Assembly (NCBI GenBank): GCA_039683515.1
Contig: JBDKRG010000059.1
Location: 105,003-169,002, forward strand
DNA: 64,000 bases
Direction of reading: 5' to 3'
Origin: Candidatus Sumerlaeia bacterium
Lineage (GTDB): Bacteria > Sumerlaeota > Sumerlaeia > MVZB01
Below, piece after piece: positions 57,431-64,000 of this stretch (position 1 is the stretch's first letter; each line of letters starts with the position of its first letter). The position numbers and the translations under genes were made by a program. The notes below the pieces were generated by a model. It searched no databases. It had not been told where the DNA came from and was given only the letters and a program-made list of their open reading frames with translations.

Positions 57431-58792
57431 TTAGAATCCGACCCGGCTCATGCCGTGCACGTAGGCGATGACGGCCGAGGCGACCGCCGAGGCGACCCGG
57501 CCGGCGTCCTCGGGATCGGGCGTCTCCTGCCTGGCGCCCATCGGGACGACGACGGCCGCCGACGGGGCGTCGACGCGCCGCAGCAGATACGACGGGGCCA
57601 GCTCGTAGGCGATCGTCTGGTCGGGGAACTGTCGGCCGAGCTCGGTCCTCAGCAGCGAACCGAGCGCCAGCGACTGGAATTCGTGCTGGGCGAAACGCTG
57701 GGCCACGGGCTCGCCCGATTGCCGCTCGGGCCACAGCGCGCTATTGACCACCCAGATCGCGTAGCTCTTCGGGTCGTCCGCTTTCTGCGATGCCGGCCTC
57801 GTCGCCATGACGTCGATCACGAGCTGGGGCGACTGGCCGTAGACCTGCGTGACCAGGGAGTCCTGCGCGCGCTGGCCGTTGGGGGCGATCAGCACCGAAC
57901 TTTCGAGCTGGATGCGCTCCTCGAGCTCCTGGCCGATCTTCTGCGCGATCGGCTCGAGCGCCCGGTCGCACACGATCGTGATGCGGCTGGGCGGCTGGCG
58001 GTGCGCCAGGTCCGAGAGCTGCGCCCAGGAAAGCCCGACCGTGCCGGCCAATGCTTGCGGCGGCTGCAGGACGGCTTCGTCGCCATTGGACGGGCTCTTC
58101 TTCTGCCTCGGCTCGGGGCGGCTGGGAACGATCACCGTGCGGCGCGCCTCGTCCGGCGGCGCGGGGGCGACGGTCGGCTCGGGCGTCGGCTCGGCAATGG
58201 CGGGGGCGGCGGTCGGGGCGGCGGTCGGCGTCGGCGAAGGGGTCGGCGTCGGCCGGTTCAGGACGCCGGTCGGGATGTCCGGCAGCGCCGGGACGGCCGG
58301 CGCCGGCGTGGGCGTGGGCGTCGCCGCGACGGGCGCCGGGGCGGCCGGGACGGAAGCCGGCGCCTTCTGGCCCTCGCCGGAGACTTCGATGTTGAGCGCC
58401 GTCAGGACCTTGCGGACGGTCGCCTCGGGGACGAGCACGCGCCCCTCGCGCAGCGTGAGCTGCCGGTCGACGCCGCTCATCCTGCCGTCGATCACGATCG
58501 CCGGCTGGCGGCCGAGGATGTCGAACTGCTTGCCGCCGGCGTTGATCCGCACGCTCTGGCTGCGCGAATCGTAGCCGCCCCGGGCCTGCGGGTCGAAGTG
58601 CTGCACGACGCGCAGGAAGTCCTGCATGAGCAGGTAATGCTCCCCTGCCTCGCTGATCAGGGTCATGGTGACCTCGCCCGACGGGGTCGGGGCGGCGGTT
58701 TGCGCGGCGGCGAACCGGGCCGCCAGGATCACGGCGGCGAGCAGCATCAGGATGCGGGTCAAGGCGGTCGGCAGGTTCATGGAGGGGGTCAT
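57431..58792 (-). CDS. secreted protein: stalk-like beta domain, P/A/T-rich linker, degenerate amidase_3-like C-terminal domain
   Basis: Signal peptide 'LTRILMLLAAVILAARFAAA'. 'IDGRMSGVDRQLTLREGRVLVPEATVRKVLTAL' is like the copper-amine-oxidase-N/stalk fold. The linker is 'PAPVAATPTPTPAPAVP...PTPSPTPTAAPTAAP'. The C-terminal 'LLRRVDAPSAAVVVPMG' is like the amidase_3 end, but the GHGG and His motifs are absent. Confidence 0.35.
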   Translation of the reverse strand: MTPSMNLPTALTRILMLLAAVILAARFAAAQTAAPTPSGEVTMTLISEAGEHYLLMQDFLRVVQHFDPQARGGYDSRSQSVRINAGGKQFDILGRQPAIVIDGRMSGVDRQLTLREGRVLVPEATVRKVLTALNIEVSGEGQKAPASVPAAPAPVAATPTPTPAPAVPALPDIPTGVLNRPTPTPSPTPTAAPTAAPAIAEPTPEPTVAPAPPDEARRTVIVPSRPEPRQKKSPSNGDEAVLQPPQALAGTVGLSWAQLSDLAHRQPPSRITIVCDRALEPIAQKIGQELEERIQLESSVLIAPNGQRAQDSLVTQVYGQSPQLVIDVMATRPASQKADDPKSYAIWVVNSALWPERQSGEPVAQRFAQHEFQSLALGSLLRTELGRQFPDQTIAYELAPSYLLRRVDAPSAAVVVPMGARQETPDPEDAGRVASAVASAVIAYVHGMSRVGF

Positions 58793-58835
58793 TTTCGGCT
58801 CTGGGAATCGGTCTCAAGCGTGTGAAAAAAACAGC

Positions 58836-58863
58836 TTGACATTCGTGTCATATATGCTATAAG
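58836..58863 (+). promoter_or_regulatory. near-consensus sigma70-type promoter with no downstream ORF
   Basis: TTGACA (58836-41), a 16-nt spacer, then TATAAG (58858-63). Confidence 0.5.
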
Positions 58864-59200
58864 TCCACACAATGTTTTCACAACCATACAACATCTTGAC
58901 ATGGGAGGTCAAGACGAGGTTGGAAATTCAGTAAGTGTTGTTCCTTAAAACGACCGTCAGCGGATTCTCCAGTTGTTCCAGCTCAAGTTCCCGCTCAACC
59001 TGGTCGGGTCGGTCGATTTAAGGGGCAAGGGGACGACCTGGTGGCGGGTCGAGGGTTCCTGCCCATCAACAACCCATCCACACTCAGGTCCCTTCCTGCG
59101 ACAAGCCTGATTTCGGCACGCCGCCCGCCGTTTTCCCCCGACCGGGCACGCGTGTCTGGCCCTGGTTCGTCACAGGTCGTCCCCATCACCTCCCAATCTT
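58864..59200 (+). ncRNA. candidate structured non-coding RNA (family unknown)
   Basis: No plausible ORF on either strand. Hairpin CTTGAC-atgggag-GTCAAG (58895-58913). An exact 12-bp long-range pairing GGGGACGACCTG (59029-40) / CAGGTCGTCCCC (59173-84) encloses GC-rich complementary segments. The strand is assigned only from the promoter. Confidence 0.35.
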
Positions 59201-59250
59201 AAATCCCCAGCATTGAGCTTCCAATCGGAAAAAAACAAAATTGATGGAAT

Positions 59251-59286
59251 GGATCCTTTGGGTCCCATGAGTCCTATGGGTCCTAG
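59251..59286 (+). repeat. nonamer tandem repeat (GGATCCTTT GGGTCCCAT GAGTCCTAT GGGTCCTAG)
   Basis: Same family as 43449-43492 and 23533-23570. Confidence 0.9.
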
Positions 59287-59307
59287 AGCGCTTGACGAAA
59301 GTTATCG

Positions 59308-59350
59308 GTTCGTGCTCGTGCTCGTGCTCGTGCTCGTAATCGTAATCGAA
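59308..59350 (+). repeat. hexamer composite repeat, copy 6
   Basis: ttcgtgctcgtgctcgtgctcgtgctcgtaatcgtaatcgaat. Confidence 0.92.
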
Positions 59351-59361
59351 TCAGCACCAGG

Positions 59362-59432
59362 AAATTCGGTGAAAATTCGGTGACAGCGACCGCATTTGTC
59401 TCTATTGAAAATCAATGCGGCCGCTGTCACCG
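59362..59432 (+). other. 11-nt tandem duplication feeding into a 19-bp hairpin
   Basis: AAATTCGGTGA x2. Then CGGTGACAGCGACCGCATT - 17-nt loop - AATGCGGCCGCTGTCACCG, with one mismatch. Confidence 0.85.
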
Positions 59433-59450
59433 GATGAACCGGATCGCTGT

Positions 59451-59495
59451 GGGGCCGGCGCCCCGCCGGCCATTCACGCATCTTTTTTGTCACCC
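59451..59495 (+). terminator. terminator-like hairpin
   Basis: GGCCGGCG-ccc-CGCCGGCC followed 12 nt later by TTTTTT. The spacing is not ideal. Confidence 0.4.
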
Positions 59496-59506
59496 ACATA
59501 GCCAAA

Positions 59507-59535
59507 GGCCGGCGTTTGTGCGCCGGCCTTTTTGA
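59507..59535. terminator. rho-independent terminator (bidirectional; also ends the GspF-like gene)
   Basis: GGCCGGCG-tttgtg-CGCCGGCC followed by TTTTTGATTTTT. Confidence 0.8.
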
Positions 59536-59558
59536 TTTTTGGACTTATCTCGTCGTTT

Positions 59559-60794
59559 TTACTTCACGCCGACCACCTGCGCCATGTTGAAGTAGGGCAG
59601 CAGGACGGCCGTCGCGATGAAAATCACCACGCCGCCGAGCATGATGATCAGGACCGGCTCGATGATGCTGGCCATGCCGGCCAGCGTCGTGCTGACTTCG
59701 GTGTCGTAGGTATCGGCGATCTTGTTGAGCATCGTGTCGAGCGTGCCGGTTTCCTCCCCGACCGCGATCATGTCGACGACCATCGACGGGAAGATCCGCG
59801 CCTGCGCGAGCGGTTCGCTCATCCGGCCGCCGCGCTCGACCTCGTCGCGCACGTCGTACCAGGCGTCGGCCACAAGCAGGTTCTCGCTCGAGTCGCCGGT
59901 GATCCGGATCGCGTCGGTCAGCGGGATGCCGGCCGAAACCAGGCCGCCCAGCGTCCGGCAGGAGCGGGCCACGGCGATCTTGCGGTTAATGCCGGACACG
60001 ATCGGGATCCGCAGCCCCAGCCACGAATACACGCGCCGCCCTGACGGGACCCGGCCCCACAGGCTCAGGCCGATGACGCCGGCCACGAGCGCGACAATGA
60101 TCACGGGCCACGCGGCCGCGAAGAAATCCGACATCCCGATGATGACCGTCGTGGGCCGCGGCAGGTTGACGTCGTTCTGCTTGTAGACCTCGGCGAAGGT
60201 CGGGATCGCCTTGACCATGATGACCATCACGACCATGATCGCCACGCACAGCGCCACGATCGGGTACATCGCCGCGGACCACGCCTGCCGGCGGATGCGC
60301 GCCTTGGATTCCATGATGTCGGCCAGGCGCCGGAGCGATTCCTCCAGGATGCCGCCGACCTCGCCGATGCGGACGATCGAGACGACGAGCGTCGAGAACG
60401 TGCGCTCGTGGCGGGCAAGCGCCTGGTGGATCGGCTCGCCTTCCTCGACACCCTTGGCGGCGTCGGCGATGGCGTTGCGCAGGCGGCCGTTGCTCGTGCG
60501 CTTGGAGAGCATCTGGAGCGACTTGAGGACCGGGATGCCGACCTGGATCAGCGTCGAGAACTGGCGGCAGAACACCGCCTTCTCCAGGAACGTCGGTCCG
60601 AACACCGAGATCGGCTTGGCCAGCGTGCTGACCATGGCGTCGGTCGTGCCGCCGGCTGCCGGACCCGTCTCGAGCGCTTCGCCTTCGCGCGCCAGCGGCG
60701 CGTCCTTCTCGTGGGGCAGGCCGGCCTTGGCAAGGGCCTCCTGCAGAGATGAACGCCCGGAACTGGCCTTGTTGGTGTCTTTACGAGGTTGCAT
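59559..60794 (-). CDS. type II secretion / type IV pilus platform protein (GspF/PilC family)
   Basis: Two T2SSF repeats: 'FCRQFSTLIQVGIPVLKSLQML...GEPIHQAL' and 'SCRTLGGLVSAGIPLTDAIRI...GGRMSEPL'. Three TM segments. Confidence 0.9.
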   Translation of the reverse strand: MQPRKDTNKASSGRSSLQEALAKAGLPHEKDAPLAREGEALETGPAAGGTTDAMVSTLAKPISVFGPTFLEKAVFCRQFSTLIQVGIPVLKSLQMLSKRTSNGRLRNAIADAAKGVEEGEPIHQALARHERTFSTLVVSIVRIGEVGGILEESLRRLADIMESKARIRRQAWSAAMYPIVALCVAIMVVMVIMVKAIPTFAEVYKQNDVNLPRPTTVIIGMSDFFAAAWPVIIVALVAGVIGLSLWGRVPSGRRVYSWLGLRIPIVSGINRKIAVARSCRTLGGLVSAGIPLTDAIRITGDSSENLLVADAWYDVRDEVERGGRMSEPLAQARIFPSMVVDMIAVGEETGTLDTMLNKIADTYDTEVSTTLAGMASIIEPVLIIMLGGVVIFIATAVLLPYFNMAQVVGVK

Positions 60795-60920
60795 CGCCTG
60801 TTTCCTCCGCTTGGCTGTTTGCCTTTGTGTTCAATCCTTATCCAGTTTAAACGATCCCGCGGTTGAAATTCGAATTTCGCGACCGGTTCGGATCCCGAAA
60901 TGCGAACGTTGTGCTTCTCC

Positions 60921-63152
60921 CTAGATCTCGAACAGTATCTTGCGGCTCACCTCCTCGACGGTCGTGTGCCCGTCGAGAACCTTGAGGCCGGCGGCCTGTT
61001 CCAGCGCGATCATCCCCGACTCGCGCGCCACCTTCTCGAGCTCGGCCGAGCTGTTGGAGTCCGAGATCAGCAGGCGCATCGCTTCGCGGATCGCGACGGT
61101 CTCGAAAACGCCCGTCCGGCCCAGGTAGCCCGAGTGCAGGCATGCATCGCAGCCGCCCGCCTTGTAAATCCGCTTGCGCGTCCCCTCGGGCAGCCGCAGC
61201 CGCGTGACCTCGTCGGCCTTGAGCATGTATCCCTTGCGGCAATCGCCGCACAGCTGGCGGACGAGGCGCTGGCTGAGGATGCCGACCAGCGAGGCGGCCA
61301 CCATGAAGCGCATCGCCCCCAGGTGGATGAGCGCGTCGATGGCCCCGAGCGCCGTGTTGGTGTGCAACGTGGACAGGACCAGGTGGCCGGTCATCGCGGC
61401 GCGGATGGCGATGTGCGCCGTGTCGCCGTCGCGAATCTCGCCGACCATGATCACGTCCGGGTCCTGGCGCAGGATCGAGCGCAGCCCCTGGGCGAATCCC
61501 ATGTTGATGTTGGAGTCGACCTGGACCTGGTTGACGCCGACGAGCTGGTACTCGACCGGGTCCTCGATGGTGACCAGGTTGCGGCTCTCGAGGTTGAGCT
61601 TGGAGAGCGCGGTGTAAAGCGTCGACGTCTTGCCGCTGCCGGTCGGGCCGGTCACGAGGATCATCCCGAACGGGCTCTCCAGCATCTGCTCGAACAGCTT
61701 CTGCTGGTCGGCGAGCATCCCGAGGTCGGCCAGGCCCATGCTGACCCGCGCCGAGTCCAGGATTCGAATCACAACCTTTTCGCCATGAATCGCGGGCAGC
61801 GTCGAGATCCGGAAGTCGATGCCGCGGTCGTCCAGGCGCAGCTCGAAGTGGCCGTCCTGCGGCCGGCGCCGCTCGGTCACGTCCATCTCGGCCAGGACCT
61901 TGATGCGCGACACGACCGGCTGCATGAGCCCCGGCGGGATCGTCAGGATCCGGCGCAGCTCCCCGTCGATGCGGAACCGGACGGTCATGCCGTCGGCCAT
62001 CGGCTCGAGGTGGATGTCCGTGGCGCGCGTGTCGAGCGCGCTCTCGATGAGCGAACTGACGAGCTGCACGGCCGAAACGTTGTCGGCCACGGTGACCTCG
62101 GCGTGATCGGTCCACGACACGGTCGGGGTCGGTTCGGCCTTGCCCTCGCCGGCGCCCCCCTTGGCCCGCGGCGGCTGCTTCTGGACGGGCGGCTTGACGG
62201 GGGCCGGCGGCGGCACGAAGGCCGGCGCCGGGCTGGCCGGCGCCTCGCTCGCCTTGTAGAAACTGTTGATCTGGTTGATGATGTCCTGGGCGGGGGCCAG
62301 GAACGGCTGCGGCCACATGCCGGTCGCCCAGCGGATCAGCCCCCACAGCGGCAGGTTCATCGGGTCGGCGGTCACGATCCCCAGCCGGCCGTCCTGCTTG
62401 AACAGCGGGACGATCATGTGCCGGCGCAGGAAACTCTGCGGGAAGAGCCCGAACATGACCGGGTCGGCCTGGAATTCGGCGGGCGGCTCGAACGGCAGCC
62501 GCAGCCCCTCATCGATCTGCTTCATGAGCGATTCGGAGGTCAGGCCGCTCTTGGCCAGCCGGCCGACGAGCTCGGAGTCCTCGATCAGCTTCGGGGCCTG
62601 GGCGAGCAGGTCGTCGCCGACGAGGTCGTTGGCGCGGGCCAGCACCACCGCGACCCACATCGCCGCCTCGCGCGACGGCATCCCCTGCGGGTTGCTCAGC
62701 CACTGGCAGACGGCCTGGGCCGAAACCATCTCATCGATCACGATCCAGCCCGGGTCGTTCGAGCCGCGCCGGCCGGCCTCGGCCATGATCTGGCCGGCCC
62801 GGTCCGGGCTGATCACGCCGTCGCGCTCGAGCGGCCCGATCAGGCCCGCCATCGGCGGCCGGTGCAGCGAAAGCAGCTGCGCCAGCTCCTGGTCGTTGAT
62901 CATGCGCGACGATGTCAGGCCCGAGTGAAGCGCCTCGTGGCCCTGACCGCTCTTGAGGGTGATTTCGGCGTTGAGCAGGTCGCGGAAGGTGTCGAGCGAA
63001 ACCTCCTGGAAGAGCACCCCGAGGATCGGTTTGTGCTTCTGGTTGCGCTTGATGAACGCGGACCACTCGTTTTCGCTCAGCAGGCCGGCCGTGTGGAAAA
63101 GTCGCACCAACTGCGGGGACTGCTTGGACTTGGGGGTAGTTACCTGGTTCAC
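60921..63152 (-). CDS. GspE/PilB-family secretion ATPase with ~330-aa N-terminal extension
   Basis: Walker A 'GPTGSGKTST', Asp box, Walker B 'IMVGEIRD', His box 'GHLVLSTLHTN' and tetracysteine 'CGDC...CDAC'. A T2SSE_N-like region 'FLRRHMIVPLFKQDGRLGIVTADP' and a Pro-rich linker precede the ATPase. Confidence 0.92.
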   Translation of the reverse strand: MNQVTTPKSKQSPQLVRLFHTAGLLSENEWSAFIKRNQKHKPILGVLFQEVSLDTFRDLLNAEITLKSGQGHEALHSGLTSSRMINDQELAQLLSLHRPPMAGLIGPLERDGVISPDRAGQIMAEAGRRGSNDPGWIVIDEMVSAQAVCQWLSNPQGMPSREAAMWVAVVLARANDLVGDDLLAQAPKLIEDSELVGRLAKSGLTSESLMKQIDEGLRLPFEPPAEFQADPVMFGLFPQSFLRRHMIVPLFKQDGRLGIVTADPMNLPLWGLIRWATGMWPQPFLAPAQDIINQINSFYKASEAPASPAPAFVPPPAPVKPPVQKQPPRAKGGAGEGKAEPTPTVSWTDHAEVTVADNVSAVQLVSSLIESALDTRATDIHLEPMADGMTVRFRIDGELRRILTIPPGLMQPVVSRIKVLAEMDVTERRRPQDGHFELRLDDRGIDFRISTLPAIHGEKVVIRILDSARVSMGLADLGMLADQQKLFEQMLESPFGMILVTGPTGSGKTSTLYTALSKLNLESRNLVTIEDPVEYQLVGVNQVQVDSNINMGFAQGLRSILRQDPDVIMVGEIRDGDTAHIAIRAAMTGHLVLSTLHTNTALGAIDALIHLGAMRFMVAASLVGILSQRLVRQLCGDCRKGYMLKADEVTRLRLPEGTRKRIYKAGGCDACLHSGYLGRTGVFETVAIREAMRLLISDSNSSAELEKVARESGMIALEQAAGLKVLDGHTTVEEVSRKILFEI

Positions 63153-63165
63153 GACGGCTGCCTTT

Positions 63166-63630
63166 CTAGCGGGTGATGGGTTGCGCGGCCAGGCGAACCA
63201 TGCCTCGGCGGCGCGACTGGGTGTTGATGAGGACGCGGTCGACCGTGCCGGCCGCGGGTCCGCCCGTCCAGCGGATGTTCAGGAGCATGTCGCCCGGACG
63301 CTGGCGCATGCCGGGCATCGAGCCCCACGCCTCGTCGGCCGCCGCCAGCGGGCGGACGCCGACCTGCGCCGAAAACGCCATGTCCGTGATGATCGGCTTC
63401 TCGGCGGTGGACGTGATCGTGATGGTGGTCGCGGTGTCGACGGGCGAGACGATCCCCGCCATCGCCGCCAGCGCCCCGGCGTGCTCCATCCGGCCGCGGC
63501 CGGTGTCGTCCTGGTGGACGGTCTGGCTGACGGAGCCCTGCACCGCGGCCAGGTAGAAGATGAGCACGGTCAGGACGCCGATGACCGCGATGAGCGCGAA
63601 ACCGCGCCGGCTGCGTGAATGTTGCATCAT
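63166..63630 (-). CDS. minor pseudopilin / GspK-like hypothetical protein
   Basis: The start at 'MMQHSRSRRGFALIAVIGVLTVLIFYLAAV' overlaps the upstream stop as ATGA. The hydrophobic N-terminal helix is typical of GspK-like components. The 267-aa ORF in the track is an over-extension. Confidence 0.4.
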   Translation of the reverse strand: MMQHSRSRRGFALIAVIGVLTVLIFYLAAVQGSVSQTVHQDDTGRGRMEHAGALAAMAGIVSPVDTATTITITSTAEKPIITDMAFSAQVGVRPLAAADEAWGSMPGMRQRPGDMLLNIRWTGGPAAGTVDRVLINTQSRRRGMVRLAAQPITR

Positions 63631-64000
63631 GGCCGTGCCTCCCTGGCGGGCCGCGCCGCCACGAGCCCCGGGATCGCCGCCGTCTCCAGCGCGATCGTCC
63701 GGCTGTCTTCGAGCTTCGCCTCGACGCGCACCTGGATCAGCGCCGGCCACCCCGGCGAAGTCCATTGATCCTGGTAATGCGGGCGCTGGCCCGGCGGGGT
63801 CGTCGCCGCGTAGGCGAACCGGATGCTCGGCTTGAAGCCGGCCGGCTTGATCCCCCCGAGGTCCCCCGTCATCTGCACGGCCTGGGAGCCGGCCGAGCCG
63901 ACCGCCCCGATCGGGTCGTGCGCCAGGACGATGCCGGAGTCGGCGCTCTGCGCGATCCGCGCATGGCACAGGCCGCCGGCGTTGTAGGTCAGCAGGTCAA
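63627..64000 (-). CDS. hypothetical protein, 5' end outside window (same operon)
   Basis: The frame stays open from the window edge ('...DLLTYNAGGLCHARIAQSADSGIV...'). Its stop is coupled to the next gene. No motif was recognised. Confidence 0.35.
   Translation of the reverse strand, partial: DLLTYNAGGLCHARIAQSADSGIVLAHDPIGAVGSAGSQAVQMTGDLGGIKPAGFKPSIRFAYAATTPPGQRPHYQDQWTSPGWPALIQVRVEAKLEDSRTIALETAAIPGLVAARPAREARP

Noticed and set aside
58864-59200. Tried to read the structured gene-free region as tmRNA, RNase P RNA, SRP RNA, 6S RNA, a cobalamin riboswitch or a c-di-GMP riboswitch.
   Set aside because: None of the diagnostic conserved strings was found in the right order on either strand (e.g. 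GGAAAGTCCGGGC for RNase P, the tag-reading-frame/TCCACCA end for tmRNA, GGUCCGGAAGGAAGCAGC for SRP, or the B12 box). It is kept only as an unknown ncRNA candidate.
59302-59505. A 67-aa minus-strand ORF in the gene-free region.
   Set aside because: Its C-terminus ('[14 protein letters not shown]') is simply the translated hexamer repeat. It has no SD and no recognisable fold.

Overview
About 64 kb of a GC-rich chromosome from a diderm bacterium. It carries lipid A genes, T2SS/T4P-type machinery, and prepilin-type proteins with 'FTLVEIMIVVAI' N-termini. The flavour is PVC-like or candidate-phylum, but lineage cannot be fixed from this window. No rRNA, tRNA, CRISPR array, prophage or integrase was seen.

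Gene content is mostly housekeeping:
- rplM-rpsI, smpB, TPP riboswitch plus thiC, cutA-uppS-cdsA, metH
- a translationally coupled lipid A block (Gfo/Idh/MocA oxidoreductase - lpxB - membrane EEP hydrolase - DUF374 acyltransferase)
- a GntR/ABC/permease operon and a MarR regulator
- PilZ-csrA-fliW followed by two pilin-like genes
- a GspE/GspF-type operon
- a DUF433/DUF5615 toxin-antitoxin pair
- one solitary IS200/RAYT-type Y1 transposase

Less ordinary coding content:
- a 1028-aa rhomboid protease fusion with four tandem 'LFG[ND]P[EN]DT' repeats, followed by an orphan Hsp70
- two tandem ~900-aa secreted paralogs embedded among amidohydrolase, aminotransferase, oxidoreductase and FAH genes
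- a three-gene membrane cluster (DUF2167-like, Zn-ribbon membrane protein, 80-aa TM protein)
- a visibly lower-GC gene for an ELWxxDGT-like secreted protein

The most striking non-coding signal is that almost every intergenic spacer longer than about 60 bp holds a short-period tandem repeat (periods 6, 7, 9 or 10 nt). These repeats belong to a few dispersed families. There is also a ~200-bp nested-palindrome element in two copies, and a ~750-bp gene-free, highly structured region behind a near-consensus promoter.

All functional calls come from motifs read in the supplied translations. No database search was run.
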